64,000 nucleotides of DNA, from assembly GCA_963665275.2 (NCBI GenBank), contig CAXXIN010000017.1:64001-128000 (forward strand). The letters run 5' to 3'. A model generated the notes under the pieces. The model searched no databases, was not told the DNA's origin, and saw only the letters and a list, made by a program, of their open reading frames with translations. Below, in pieces: positions 48,965 through 58,858 of this stretch (positions are counted from its first letter, which is position 1; each line of letters starts with the position of its first letter). This DNA comes from Negativicutes bacterium (GTDB taxonomy: Bacteria; Bacillota; Negativicutes; UBA1444). Made by a program: the position numbers and the translations under genes.

Positions 48965-49912
48965 CTATTGATTTTCCTGCGGAAACAACCCGGGTTCAAC
49001 CTGTGAAAGTCCTGCACAAAGCGATATGATCTTGAAGCCTTCTGCCATGAGAGGTGCTGTGGTCATCGCTGCCAATTGCCCACTCTTGCAACACAGCACT
49101 AATCTTTTTTCTTTTGGCAGATTCGGTATCCGATTTTTCAGTTCATCGAGCGGTGCGCTGATAGCGCCCCTAATATGCCCTTTTGCATAATCATCACGAG
49201 GTCTGAGGTCGACAAACGCATATTTATCCGGTGATCCCGCTAAAAGTTCTTTGACTTCCGAATTGGCCACTACAAGTGTTTTAACCGCGTGTTGTCTGGC
49301 GATCATGAGCAGATTCGCCTGGATACCGTGCAAAACCGCAACCACCTTCGGATCATGCGGCGGCTCATTTTTAACTGGATAAAAAGAATTTCCGCTTGAT
49401 TCCATGGTGAATCTTGCTTTTTCCATCAGCGAGAACCCACCACTGACAAAAATCGCCTGGTAACCGAATGCTTTTAGCGGCACCATCGCCAACGCCGAAC
49501 TTTGCCCCGTATAACAGTACAACAGCAAGATTTTATTGGGGGGAAGGTTGCCGAGGTTTTCCGCCAGTCCGACAAGAGTCATATTGATCGCACCCCTGAT
49601 GTGTCGCTGCGCATAATGCTCCGGCGATCGTAGGTCAATGACCAAATAGGAGGTTTCGTTTCCATCAAGTTGTTCTTTTGCCATAGCTGGATCGATAGGA
49701 AACTTGCTGTCACTGACTTCTTTTAATATTTTCCCATACGCGTCCCACGTGGCCTGCCGTATTTCCGATGTAAAATTGGAGCCGGTCGTTTGCACAACCT
49801 TAGGATTCGACGCAGCAGGCATATTGGGCTGCAACCCACATCCACCGCAGGAAAAAACGAATACGATAATCAAAAACATAATCGACCAAGAAACCCAACG
49901 TGCATTTGCCAC
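48965..49912 (-). CDS. Tandem-rhodanese lipoprotein
   Basis: Cys-containing lipoprotein signal; two domains DLR..HIRGA..CYTGQ and DLR..GHIRGA..CKSGQ. Confidence 0.85.
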   Translation of the reverse strand: MANARWVSWSIMFLIIVFVFSCGGCGLQPNMPAASNPKVVQTTGSNFTSEIRQATWDAYGKILKEVSDSKFPIDPAMAKEQLDGNETSYLVIDLRSPEHYAQRHIRGAINMTLVGLAENLGNLPPNKILLLYCYTGQSSALAMVPLKAFGYQAIFVSGGFSLMEKARFTMESSGNSFYPVKNEPPHDPKVVAVLHGIQANLLMIARQHAVKTLVVANSEVKELLAGSPDKYAFVDLRPRDDYAKGHIRGAISAPLDELKNRIPNLPKEKRLVLCCKSGQLAAMTTAPLMAEGFKIISLCAGLSQVEPGLFPQENQ

Positions 49913-50031
49913 CCGTATCCCCTCCTTTGAAATTTATGGGAGAATTTCGACTGACTGCGTTTCTTCCAATATTCTTGCGACCAATACAGAATCAACCTCT
50001 CAAAATACCGTGCAGTACCCCTTGTGCCGAC

Positions 50032-50421
50032 CTATTTTGCCAACTCGTGCGCACCATAATAATTCTCAATCGCATTTTTCAATGCCGTTGCGCCCAGTAC
50101 GGAACAATGCAGTTTGTGTTCAGGCAACCCGTCCAGTGCTTTCACAATATCCTGATCGGTTATTTGGATGGCTTCGTCCAGAGTTTTCCCTTTAGCCAGT
50201 TCCGTTGCCATGCTGCTTGACGCAACCGCTGCCACGCAACCATCGACTAAAAAACTGATATCCGCAATCACATTGTCCTTGACCTTGATAAAAATAGCTA
50301 AAAAATCGCCGCAACCAGGTTCTCCACAAATACCCATCGAATCGGCGTCAGGCATATCTCCTAGATTTTGCGGACTCATGAAATGTTCGATTACTTTATC
50401 CGAGAATGCAGCACAAAACAT
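50032..50421 (-). CDS. IscU/NifU-N Fe-S scaffold protein
   Basis: VIEHFMSPQN, CGD, GC, KLHCS. Confidence 0.9.
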   Translation of the reverse strand: MFCAAFSDKVIEHFMSPQNLGDMPDADSMGICGEPGCGDFLAIFIKVKDNVIADISFLVDGCVAAVASSSMATELAKGKTLDEAIQITDQDIVKALDGLPEHKLHCSVLGATALKNAIENYYGAHELAK

Positions 50422-50477
50422 AAAATCACTCCCTACTTTATTATTAAATTACCTATTGTTTTTTGTCTTTCTGCAGC

Positions 50478-50531
50478 TTATGATCATATGACCATAAAAA
50501 CTCTAGGATCATTTTGAGCTTATGTCAATAT
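50478..50531 (-). promoter_or_regulatory. Promoter TTGACA-17-TAGAGT with two 20-bp operators
   Basis: TTATGATCATATGACCATAA (50478) and TTTTGAGCTTATGTCAATAT (50512). Confidence 0.75.
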
Positions 50532-50545
50532 TCATTAATAAGTTA

Positions 50546-50614
50546 TTGACAGATATGCCAAAACAAAATACTATATATTCGTATCAACAACTTATTTGAT
50601 ACAACATATAGTGT
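50546..50614 (+). promoter_or_regulatory. nrdD promoter (TTGACA-17-TACTAT) with two NrdR boxes 31 bp apart
   Basis: ATACTATATATTCGTA (50568) and ATACAACATATAGTGT (50599), versus consensus acaCwAtATaTwGtgt. Confidence 0.82.
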
Positions 50615-50649
50615 TTTTTAATGAAATTATTTTTGAAAGGATGTTGGCA

Positions 50650-52737
50650 ATGCTGCAGCAAATCATCAAAAGAAATCACTCACATGTTCCTTTTCGCAAA
50701 GAAAAAATCATTTTTGCCATTTTTAAAGCCGCTAACGCTGTTGGCGGAACTGATTTTTCCTTGGCAGAAAAGCTGACAGATCAAGTCGTCGCTTGTGCAG
50801 AACAAAAATACCCTGATGGGATAGCTGACGTCGAGGGCATCCAGGATCTCGTTGAAAAAGTTCTCATCGAGGCAGGCCACGCCAAAACAGCCAAGGCCTA
50901 TATCCTGTACCGGGAAAAGCGGCGTTCCGCGCGTGAATCAAACGCACTGATCGGCGCAACCATCAATATGTTCAGCGAATATCTGAATGACAAGGATTGG
51001 CAGATCAATGAAAATGCCAATACCCAAAAGTCCATCAATGGATTGAACAATTATGTGCGAGAAGCGTTCACCCAAAACTACTGGTTACATGAAATTTATC
51101 CAGATGAAATCCGCAATGCCCATTTGTCGGGTGATATCCATATCCACGACTTGGGCTTCTTCGGTCCGTACTGCGCTGGGTGGGATCTCCAGCAAATTTT
51201 ACGAAATGGTTTTGGCGGCGTACCGGGAAAAGTAGAATCCAAACCGCCTAAACATCTCCGTTCTTTTCTGGGACAAATTGTAAACTCCACCTTCACCACA
51301 CAGGGTGAAAGCGCCGGTGCACAAGCCTGGTCCTCTTTCGACACCTATTGCGCTCCATTTATCCGCTATGACAACCTGGACTACAAAACAGTTCGGCAAG
51401 CACTTCAAGAATTCATCTTCAATCTGAATGTTCCCACCCGCGTGGGGTTTCAATGCCCATTTTCCAATCTAACCTTCGATATCGTTCCGCCACGCACGCT
51501 AAAGACTGAACACGTTATTCTTGGCGGACAATACCAGTCAGAAACATACGGAGATTTCCAGCCAGAAATGGATATGCTTAATCTGGCCTTCTGCGATGTG
51601 ATGATGAGCGGTGATTCCAAGGGTCGGGTATTCACATTTCCAATCCCAACCATCAATGTGACCAAAGATTTCGACTGGAACAGCCCCGTAGTAGATAAAT
51701 TCATGGAAATCACCTGCAAATATGGCATCCCGTATTTCTCCAACTACGTCAACTCCGATTTGTCTCCTGAAGACGCCTTGTCAATGTGCTGTCGTCTCCG
51801 ACTGGATACCAAAGAACTGCGAAAACGGGGCGGCGGTCTATTCGGTTCCAACCCCCTGACCGGTTCCATCGGCGTCGTCACGATTAACTTACCCAGACTT
51901 GCTTATATTTCGAAAAGTGAATCGGAGTTCTTCGCACGATTGTGGCAACAGATGAACATTACCGCGAACAGCTTGGAAATCAAACGCAAAGTCATTGAAG
52001 AACAAACAGCTAAAGGGCTGTATCCATATTCGGCAAATTACCTGAAAGCAATCAAAGAAAAAACCGGTCTGTATTGGTTCAACCATTTCAACACCATTGG
52101 CCTCATTGGCATGAATGAAGCCTGCCAAAATCTGTTCGGCGTTGCTTGCGACCTTACCACTCGGCCGGGCCAGCAATTTGCGATAAAAACTCTAAACTAT
52201 ATGCGCAAGGAAATTAAAGAAATCCAGGACAAAACCGGACACTATTATAATCTGGAGGCAACACCGGCCGAAGGAACCAGTTATCGACTCGCAAAAAAAG
52301 ATACGGAACGCTTCGCCGACATCATCACCGCTGGCGAAAAGTTTCCCTTCTACACCAACTCATCGCAACTTCCAGTTGGATTCACGGACGATATTTTCGA
52401 AACCCTGGACCTGCAGGATGAACTGCAATCTCTATATACCGGCGGCACAGTTCTGCATCTCTATCTGGGCGAAGAAATCAAAGATCGATCTATTGCCAAG
52501 CGGTTGATACAAAAAATATTTACACGTTATAAACTGCCTTATATTTCCCTAACGCCCACGTTCTCAGTCTGCAACGATCATGGTTACCTTGCGGGGGAAC
52601 AGCCGACCTGCCCGGAATGCGGCGCTCCGACAGAAATTTGGAGCCGCGTTGTCGGCTATCTGCGCCCGATTCAGAATTACAACAAAGGCAAGCGGGAAGA
52701 GTACGCCCAACGAAAAAAATACGTGATTAACGAGTAA
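50650..52737 (+). CDS. nrdD: Anaerobic class III ribonucleoside-triphosphate reductase
   Basis: ATP cone, HIHDL..YC, TFPIPT, SMCCRL, EATPAEG, C-terminal CxxH..CPEC and glycyl-radical SRVVGY. Confidence 0.96.
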   Translation: MLQQIIKRNHSHVPFRKEKIIFAIFKAANAVGGTDFSLAEKLTDQVVACAEQKYPDGIADVEGIQDLVEKVLIEAGHAKTAKAYILYREKRRSARESNALIGATINMFSEYLNDKDWQINENANTQKSINGLNNYVREAFTQNYWLHEIYPDEIRNAHLSGDIHIHDLGFFGPYCAGWDLQQILRNGFGGVPGKVESKPPKHLRSFLGQIVNSTFTTQGESAGAQAWSSFDTYCAPFIRYDNLDYKTVRQALQEFIFNLNVPTRVGFQCPFSNLTFDIVPPRTLKTEHVILGGQYQSETYGDFQPEMDMLNLAFCDVMMSGDSKGRVFTFPIPTINVTKDFDWNSPVVDKFMEITCKYGIPYFSNYVNSDLSPEDALSMCCRLRLDTKELRKRGGGLFGSNPLTGSIGVVTINLPRLAYISKSESEFFARLWQQMNITANSLEIKRKVIEEQTAKGLYPYSANYLKAIKEKTGLYWFNHFNTIGLIGMNEACQNLFGVACDLTTRPGQQFAIKTLNYMRKEIKEIQDKTGHYYNLEATPAEGTSYRLAKKDTERFADIITAGEKFPFYTNSSQLPVGFTDDIFETLDLQDELQSLYTGGTVLHLYLGEEIKDRSIAKRLIQKIFTRYKLPYISLTPTFSVCNDHGYLAGEQPTCPECGAPTEIWSRVVGYLRPIQNYNKGKREEYAQRKKYVINE

Positions 52738-52743
52738 TCGGCT

Positions 52744-53430
52744 ATGTTAATTGCCGGACTGGTTAAAAGCTCACTCATCGATTATCCCGGACTGATTTCC
52801 TGTGTGCTGTTCACACCGGGCTGCAACTATAGCTGCTTTTATTGTCACAACCGATCACTGATTGATGGAAGTCATGAATTACTCAATCTGCACGAGATTC
52901 AAACTTTTCTCGCCCAACGAATCGGCTTATTGGACGGAGTTGTCATAACTGGCGGAGAACCGACTCTCCAACCCGATTTACCATCCTATATCGCATCTCT
53001 CAAACAACTGGGTTTCAAAGTCAAACTGGATACGAACGGCTCTTCGCCAGATATTATCAAGCATTTACTGGAAGCCGGTTCCTGTGACTATTATGCCGTT
53101 GACTTCAAAGCGCCGCCGCAACGGTACCATGAAATCTGCGGCGACCGCGCTAATCCTGCGAATGTTTTCAGAACTATCAGCCTGCTATTGCAATACAAAG
53201 TTGATTTTGAAGTCAGAACCACCGTACTGCCCCAATTTAGCGATATCGATCTAATCCACATGGCAGAATTGTTGCCGGTCGTTCCTCGTTATCGCTTGAA
53301 TCGGTATCGAAAACCGGAGAAATATCTAATCAGTGATCAACTCCGAGTCAATGATCCGCCTTACTCACAAGATAAAATAAATTCTCTGGCTGCTACAATC
53401 CAATGCTTGCAGCCAAACATAATAGCGTAA
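52744..53430 (+). CDS. nrdG: Anaerobic RNR activating radical SAM enzyme
   Basis: SLIDYPG, GCNYSCFYCHN, TGGEPT, KLDTNG; follows nrdD. Confidence 0.92.
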   Translation: MLIAGLVKSSLIDYPGLISCVLFTPGCNYSCFYCHNRSLIDGSHELLNLHEIQTFLAQRIGLLDGVVITGGEPTLQPDLPSYIASLKQLGFKVKLDTNGSSPDIIKHLLEAGSCDYYAVDFKAPPQRYHEICGDRANPANVFRTISLLLQYKVDFEVRTTVLPQFSDIDLIHMAELLPVVPRYRLNRYRKPEKYLISDQLRVNDPPYSQDKINSLAATIQCLQPNIIA

Positions 53431-53433
53431 ATG

Positions 53434-53464
53434 AATCAACCACTCAGAAAACGGGTGGTTGATT
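53434..53464. terminator. Bidirectional terminator between convergent genes
   Basis: AATCAACCACTC-loop-GGGTGGTTGATT. Confidence 0.7.
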
Positions 53465-53468
53465 TCAG

Positions 53469-53942
53469 TTACGCTTCTGTTCGGCCATGACGCCAACAGT
53501 TACGCCTACAAAATCTTCCTTGGGAAGCTTTCTCACAGGCAACTTTAAGCGAGCCGCAGGCAGGGCAAGTATATTCACCGTTTTTTATTGACTCCAGATT
53601 CTCAAAACTTTCCATCCAAATTTTACCGCAATCCATACATTTTACCGCACAAATATTACGCGTAAAATTGCCACCTTCAACATTTATAGCTTTTCCATTA
53701 ATCAAACTGTCGGCAATTTTTTCTCGTGCTGAAATTAGGATACGCTGAAAAGTCGGCCGTGATACCTCCATTTTTTCGGCGCACTCGCCTTGCTCCAAAC
53801 CCTCTAAATCTTTAAGACGGATAGCTTCCAATTCTTCCATTTTTAAAGTGTTTTTCGGCCCCTCTAGCTCTTTTTCGGAGGGAATAAAATTGAGAACGGA
53901 AGGAACGTTCTCAATTTTTCTCCACTTAATCGGTCTTGCCAA
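53469..53942 (-). CDS. DUF134 HTH protein with zinc ribbon
   Basis: MARPIKWR, EELEAIRLKD, MEVSRPTFQRIL, VEGG, CMDC..CPACG. Confidence 0.9.
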   Translation of the reverse strand: MARPIKWRKIENVPSVLNFIPSEKELEGPKNTLKMEELEAIRLKDLEGLEQGECAEKMEVSRPTFQRILISAREKIADSLINGKAINVEGGNFTRNICAVKCMDCGKIWMESFENLESIKNGEYTCPACGSLKVACEKASQGRFCRRNCWRHGRTEA

Positions 53943-54270
53943 AACTATCAGCTCCGTTTGGTTTGTTTGTTTTTAATCTATTAATTTCTTCTTCCACCTC
54001 CCGAGCACCTTCTCCATAAAACTTTTCTTCATCTGGAGCTATTTCTTTCAACAACCTGAGAAATTCTCCCGCATGAACTCTTTCTTCGTCAGCTATATCC
54101 TGTAATACTTCAATTGCCAATTCATTGTCCGTGGATTCGGCCAACTGCATATATAACTGGATGGCTTCATATTCGGCGGAAATCATGAACCTGATGGCTC
54201 TGATCAACTCTTGTTGAGTCAACTTGCGCTCTTTAGCCAGCCCGGAAAACGGATTCCCAAAATCAGGCAT
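53926..54270 (-). CDS. Small ferritin/rubrerythrin-like protein
   Basis: AEYEAIQLY and DEERVHAGEF di-iron motifs. Confidence 0.85.
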   Translation of the reverse strand: MPDFGNPFSGLAKERKLTQQELIRAIRFMISAEYEAIQLYMQLAESTDNELAIEVLQDIADEERVHAGEFLRLLKEIAPDEEKFYGEGAREVEEEINRLKTNKPNGADSFGKTD

Positions 54271-54318
54271 CGTAGTTCCCCTCTCTAAATTTTATTGATT
54301 GAGCTTTCATTATCGAAA

Positions 54319-54810
54319 TCAAATAAAGTCGATAGCCGAAAAATCAATATTTCCCTTATCGTCAACCAATTGTTGATCGGCATGGACGTACTCGATTTTA
54401 CCGATAAACATCTCGTGGGATCCAGTTACAATCGAATCAACGATCGTGCATTCAATATTCACCGGACAATCCAGCAGAATCGGCGCATTGATCTTCTTAC
54501 CGTCGGCGAGTTTCACCTTCGCATCTGCCAATTTATCCCCGTCGCGTTTACTATGACTGCCCAAATAAGCAAACGTTTCCTGATTCTTTTTATCGACCAG
54601 ATTTACGACGAAGCATCCTGACTCCTTAATCATTTGATACGAATACCGAGTCGGCACAATACCGACCATCACCATGGGTGGACTATAACTGCAATTCCCA
54701 CAATACGCGACGGCCAGCACATTGTTTTCGCCATTTAAACCGCGGCAAGACACCAACACTTTGGGCAGAGGTTGAAGACACGATTTCATATTAGCTGAAC
54801 TTTTCTCCAT
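54319..54810 (-). CDS. Flavin reductase-like protein (flavoredoxin)
   Basis: PLPKVLVS, SPPMV, RYSY, CPVNIEC, GSHEMFIG. Confidence 0.88.
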   Translation of the reverse strand: MEKSSANMKSCLQPLPKVLVSCRGLNGENNVLAVAYCGNCSYSPPMVMVGIVPTRYSYQMIKESGCFVVNLVDKKNQETFAYLGSHSKRDGDKLADAKVKLADGKKINAPILLDCPVNIECTIVDSIVTGSHEMFIGKIEYVHADQQLVDDKGNIDFSAIDFI

Positions 54811-54857
54811 TTTATTCAACTCCTAGATAATAAACTGGGTTCATCTGCATTTTTTTC

Positions 54858-55733
54858 CTATGCGTTCTGACCGGCTGTAACTAGCATTCGAAGTGTTTTG
54901 GCATATACGTCTTTTGCGGCGCTACCTGCCGAGCAATCCATATCAACAATGGTCCGACCTTGATTGACCGCTTCCACAACCTTGGGATCAAAGGGAATTT
55001 TACCGACGAAAGGTAAATCAAATTTTTGGCAATACGAGACGATCTCCTCGGTTTTCACAAAGTTGGTATTATACTTGTTGATACACACGGCGACTTTGGT
55101 TTGAAACCCTTTGGCAGTTTTAATAATACGCTCCATATCACTGATACCGGATACCGAAGGTTCCGCAACAATCAGGACCATATCCACACCGCTAAGAGAA
55201 GCAATGACAGGGCAACCGATGCCTGGTGAACCGTCAATGATAGCGACTTCGGCGTCTTCGCCTGCTGATTTCATCTGCTTCTTTACTTCCGTGACCAACA
55301 TACCGGAGGTTCCACTGCCCATCTTGAGCTGCGCCGTGGAAAACACCGCATCATCCACATAAAGCATCAGCTCTCCAGCGACCGCAGCCTTGAGCGTTAT
55401 GGCGCCAACCGGGCAAATCTTTTCACACACGCCGCAGCCTTCGCATGCGTACTCATCCACCGTATAATGGTAGTCTGCGTCAATAGCATCAAACCGGCAG
55501 TTTCGCCGACACAAATCACACTTCAAGCACAAGTCTGGATTGATTTCCGCCTTTGGCAATCCGAAATAATCAGATCGTTGCGGTGACGTGGTCTGGTTCA
55601 TGACCAAATGCAAGTTAGGCGCATCCACGTCGCAATCCGCATAGGCCTTGGCTTTTGACAACTTAATAAAAGCCCCCGCAATCGTCGTTTTCCCTGTGCC
55701 GCCTTTGCCGCTAAGAATTAACAACTGTTTCAC
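54858..55733 (-). CDS. MinD/CobQ-like P-loop ATPase with inserted 2x[4Fe-4S] domain
   Basis: SGKGGTGKT, DCDVDAPN, CxxCxxCxxxC twice, DGSPGIGC. Confidence 0.9.
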   Translation of the reverse strand: MKQLLILSGKGGTGKTTIAGAFIKLSKAKAYADCDVDAPNLHLVMNQTTSPQRSDYFGLPKAEINPDLCLKCDLCRRNCRFDAIDADYHYTVDEYACEGCGVCEKICPVGAITLKAAVAGELMLYVDDAVFSTAQLKMGSGTSGMLVTEVKKQMKSAGEDAEVAIIDGSPGIGCPVIASLSGVDMVLIVAEPSVSGISDMERIIKTAKGFQTKVAVCINKYNTNFVKTEEIVSYCQKFDLPFVGKIPFDPKVVEAVNQGRTIVDMDCSAGSAAKDVYAKTLRMLVTAGQNA

Positions 55734-56568
55734 GCCGCACCTCCTTGGTCACAATTTGAAGCAGGGCAGAGAACAACTCCCGATATTTCGGATGTTCTCT
55801 TACCAAAATGCGCGCATTGGAATTCAGCGTTCCGATCTCGGTATCAAAAGGGATTCTGCCCAATATTTTGATATTCTTATCGATACAGAAAAGTTCAGCA
55901 GGATTGTCCCCTTCCAGGCACTTGTTTAGTATCGCGCCGTGCGGTTTATCAAAAAGCTTAACCAACTCATAAACCATGTTAAAATTATGAACGCCAAACA
56001 AGGTCGGCTCCCCAACCAATATGCAATAATCCGCATCTTTGATGCTTTCCATGACAATACAGGCACTCCCTGGCGGGCAATCAATAAACGTGATTTCCTT
56101 TCCACCCGAAGGGGTATCGAGGAGCTTCTTGATAATTGGAATTCCAGAAGCTTCACCGGTATTCAATATGCCTGTAATGACAGAAACGTTTTCCGATGTC
56201 CCGCTTTGAATCTCTCCAATGATTTTGTCTTTCTCCGACAGGGCTTTGACGGGGCAAAACAGTATGCAACCTCCACAGGAATGGCATATTGTTTCAAAAA
56301 TCTTCAATTGTTTATTAATATAGGCTAGTGCATTGAATTTGCAAAAATCAACGCACATGCGGCAGCCATTGCAAAGGGTTTCATCGACAACCGGAATCTT
56401 GACCGAAATTTTTTCCGACGTAATATCTTTTGGCTTGAAAAAAAGGTGCCCATTTGGTTCTTCCACGTCACAATCGATATAGACAGCTTCATCAGCTGCT
56501 GCCGCCAGATTAACGGATAAAAGTGTTTTTCCTGTACCGCCCTTGCCGCTCAAAACGGCGATCTTCAT
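55711..56568 (-). CDS. MinD/CobQ-like P-loop ATPase with inserted [4Fe-4S] domain
   Basis: SGKGGTGKT, DCDVEEPN, CNGCRMC, CHSCGGC, DCPPGSAC. Confidence 0.9.
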   Translation of the reverse strand: MKIAVLSGKGGTGKTLLSVNLAAAADEAVYIDCDVEEPNGHLFFKPKDITSEKISVKIPVVDETLCNGCRMCVDFCKFNALAYINKQLKIFETICHSCGGCILFCPVKALSEKDKIIGEIQSGTSENVSVITGILNTGEASGIPIIKKLLDTPSGGKEITFIDCPPGSACIVMESIKDADYCILVGEPTLFGVHNFNMVYELVKLFDKPHGAILNKCLEGDNPAELFCIDKNIKILGRIPFDTEIGTLNSNARILVREHPKYRELFSALLQIVTKEVRRETVVNS

Positions 56569-56939
56569 TTTATTTTCCCCCCATGATTATGAAATCCAGC
56601 ATGGATATCTTCGAGTAAAGACAGCTTCCCAGCATTGAAAGCAATGATATTGTCCATAATGGAATCATTCATCGTTTTATACATTTTCAGATTGGCGGTC
56701 TTGATTACGGATGCGGCATTATCGCCACATTGGGGAACCAGCAACGCAACAGCACCACTATCCACAACGGCTTGCGCCGCCTTAATCCCGGCGCCACCTT
56801 GACTGGCTGCAGCACTGTTGTCGAAAAAAGCGCTTGTTTGTGCTTCGGTGTCATAAATAAGAAAATATGGGGTGCGCCCAAACGATGAGGCAACTGTTGA
56901 TTCCAGGGATTTGTTGTTGACCGGAATTGCAATTTTCAT
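56565..56939 (-). CDS. NifB/NifX-family (ORP-like) protein, close paralog of 47984-48340
   Basis: FGRTPYF and SAAASQGGAGIKAAQAVVDS are shared with the paralog. Confidence 0.9.
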   Translation of the reverse strand: MKIAIPVNNKSLESTVASSFGRTPYFLIYDTEAQTSAFFDNSAAASQGGAGIKAAQAVVDSGAVALLVPQCGDNAASVIKTANLKMYKTMNDSIMDNIIAFNAGKLSLLEDIHAGFHNHGGKIK

Positions 56940-56961
56940 AGTATATCCCCCTTCAATTTTG

Positions 56962-57210
56962 TTATTCCCTTACCATAGCTGAACCGCATTGCGGACATTG
57001 AACCGAACTACAGGCCTGGGCGCGTTGATGCGGCACTTTGGCGCCACACTGCGGACATACGCAAAAGCCTACCGGACCGGCGCCAATAGATCCGCCCACC
57101 GAGGCTCCACTGCTATTCGCCTGATTACCAATACCCCGCCCCATGCCTCGTCTCCTTCCTCCGCCACCGCCCGAACCCACGGGTCCTGTTCCATCTCTTC
57201 GCGGCATATT
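56962..57210 (-). CDS. Small DUF5320-like Gly/Arg-rich protein with Cys-rich C-terminus
   Basis: MPRRDGTGP; CVCPQCG..H..C...CPQCG. Confidence 0.8.
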   Translation of the reverse strand, partial: NMPRRDGTGPVGSGGGGGRRRGMGRGIGNQANSSGASVGGSIGAGPVGFCVCPQCGAKVPHQRAQACSSVQCPQCGSAMVRE

Positions 57211-57272
57211 CAGCACCTCCCCTCAATTTTAAGAAATCAATTTTTCAAATTGCCTTTCAATTTTCATTGCCG

Positions 57273-57323
57273 TTATGTTCTTATGCTCATAACTATAATG
57301 TTATTATGGATATATGTCAATTT
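57273..57323 (-). promoter_or_regulatory. Promoter TTGACA-17-TATAGT with two 20-bp operators
   Basis: TTATGTTCTTATGCTCATAA (57273) and TTATGGATATATGTCAATTT (57304). Confidence 0.75.
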
Positions 57324-57337
57324 GTTTAGCATTCAAA

Positions 57338-58297
57338 TCAGGCTTTCCCGCGATCATCTTGTATGTTTTTTCGGTAGAATTTTTTTCCTTCATACCAGAA
57401 CTCCAACAGTTTCCCACACGCCACGAGCGCTTCAACATCACTCGGGTCCTCTTCCTGCTTTTTCAGCATTTCATCGACAATCTCCGCCCTCAATGGATGC
57501 ACAGCAGTGATGCCCAATAGATCCTCGACAACGTTTCCCGTGAAGAAGAAACCGTCTTCCCGTTCATCTCCGGTAATCCATTCCACTGGCACACCCGCCA
57601 ATCGGCGAATCAAACGAGCCGCTTCAAGCAACTTTTGATTCGAAGCTCGCTCAACATTCGGTTCCGCTGGTGGACGAGTCGGAACCAGCACGTATGCCTT
57701 TTCCGGTTTTATGATCGCCAGTTGCCCGGCAAGTTTTATAAGATCTTCCGTCGCATCATTCACCCCATCCACAAGCATAGTTTCTGTCACTAGCGAACCC
57801 TTAAACAGCTTGGCGAATTCTCCTATCCCATCGAGAATTTGTTGAATATTTAAAGTGCCATGGGGACGATCAATTTCACGCCAAATCTTCTCATCCACCG
57901 CATCAATTTTCACCGATACCCAGTCAGCCCTCAACAAATCCTTTCTAACATCATCCTTCCATAACAGAGAAGCATTGGTGATCACGGCGATTTTTACATT
58001 CAACCGCTTTAACAAAGCAATTTCTGTTCCGAGATTGATATCCAGCGTAGGTTCCCCATCAGGAACAAACGACAAATAATCAACAAACTTTCCGCTTGTT
58101 TCCACTTGTTTTAGTTTCTGTTCGACCTCAAGGAAAATTTCTTCCGGTGAATAAAATTCACGTCGTACAATCTGCATTTTATCGGTTCTGCCCAGTTGAC
58201 AATAGCAGCAGGAGTAGGAACAGGTCTTGGGGGGAATATGATTGATCCCCAGACTTTGCCCCAGCCTTCGTGACGGTACCGGCCCATAAATGATCAT
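57338..58297 (-). CDS. Radical SAM protein (COG0731-like)
   Basis: YGPVPSRRLGQSLGIN, CSYSCCYCQ, DGEPTL, ITNASL. Confidence 0.88.
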   Translation of the reverse strand: MIIYGPVPSRRLGQSLGINHIPPKTCSYSCCYCQLGRTDKMQIVRREFYSPEEIFLEVEQKLKQVETSGKFVDYLSFVPDGEPTLDINLGTEIALLKRLNVKIAVITNASLLWKDDVRKDLLRADWVSVKIDAVDEKIWREIDRPHGTLNIQQILDGIGEFAKLFKGSLVTETMLVDGVNDATEDLIKLAGQLAIIKPEKAYVLVPTRPPAEPNVERASNQKLLEAARLIRRLAGVPVEWITGDEREDGFFFTGNVVEDLLGITAVHPLRAEIVDEMLKKQEEDPSDVEALVACGKLLEFWYEGKKFYRKNIQDDRGKA

Positions 58298-58303
58298 GTG
58301 GTT

Positions 58304-58780
58304 TCACCTGCTTTCAAGAACGCAGGGCTCTCCTTCAGGAACGATTTTATCAATAAACAGTATTCCCTCCAAATGATCAATTTCGTGACAAAAAGCGCGA
58401 GCTGTTAATCCCGTTCCGGTAATTTCAACAAATTCGCCATGTTCATTGAGCGCCTGAACAACCACTATTTCGGGTCGTTTCACCATCCCGTACCTTCCTG
58501 GAATACTTAGACAGCCTTCCGAATCCAACTGTTCGCCTACCGTTTCAACTATTACAGGATTCACCAGTTTGATTAAGCCATCTCCGACGTCAACGATAAC
58601 CACCCTTTTCAGGACCCCAATCTGTGGAGCCGCCAATCCAACCCCTGACGAAAAATACATGGTGTCCACCATATCTTGCAATAACGATAGGATTTCGGCA
58701 TCTACTTTTTCTACAGGTCGTGCCTTGCCACGCAATACAGTATCCTGCCAGAGATGTTTCATAATTTCGCGAAGTGCCAT
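58304..58780 (-). CDS. def: Peptide deformylase
   Basis: GVGLAAPQIG, EGCLS, HEIDHLEG. Confidence 0.95.
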   Translation of the reverse strand: MALREIMKHLWQDTVLRGKARPVEKVDAEILSLLQDMVDTMYFSSGVGLAAPQIGVLKRVVIVDVGDGLIKLVNPVIVETVGEQLDSEGCLSIPGRYGMVKRPEIVVVQALNEHGEFVEITGTGLTARAFCHEIDHLEGILFIDKIVPEGEPCVLESR

Positions 58781-58810
58781 ATACTTCTCTCCACATTCAA
58801 TAATAGTCAT

Positions 58811-58843
58811 GGAAAGACAGGTGGTTAAACCACCTGTCTTTCC
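58811..58843. terminator. Perfect inverted repeat between DUF5320 and def (terminator or attenuator)
   Basis: GGAAAGACAGGTGGT-TAA-ACCACCTGTCTTTCC. Confidence 0.65.
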
Positions 58844-58858
58844 AAACGTCGAAGGCTT

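Noticed and set aside
53926-54270. Encapsulin cargo ferritin
   Set aside because: No encapsulin gene in the window and no L-x-I-G-S-L-type targeting peptide at the C-terminus.
46674-56939. Nitrogen fixation cluster (NifB/NifX, NifU, P-loop ATPases)
   Set aside because: No nifHDK or nifEN. The ATPases are Mrp and MinD-ferredoxin types typical of ORP-like clusters.
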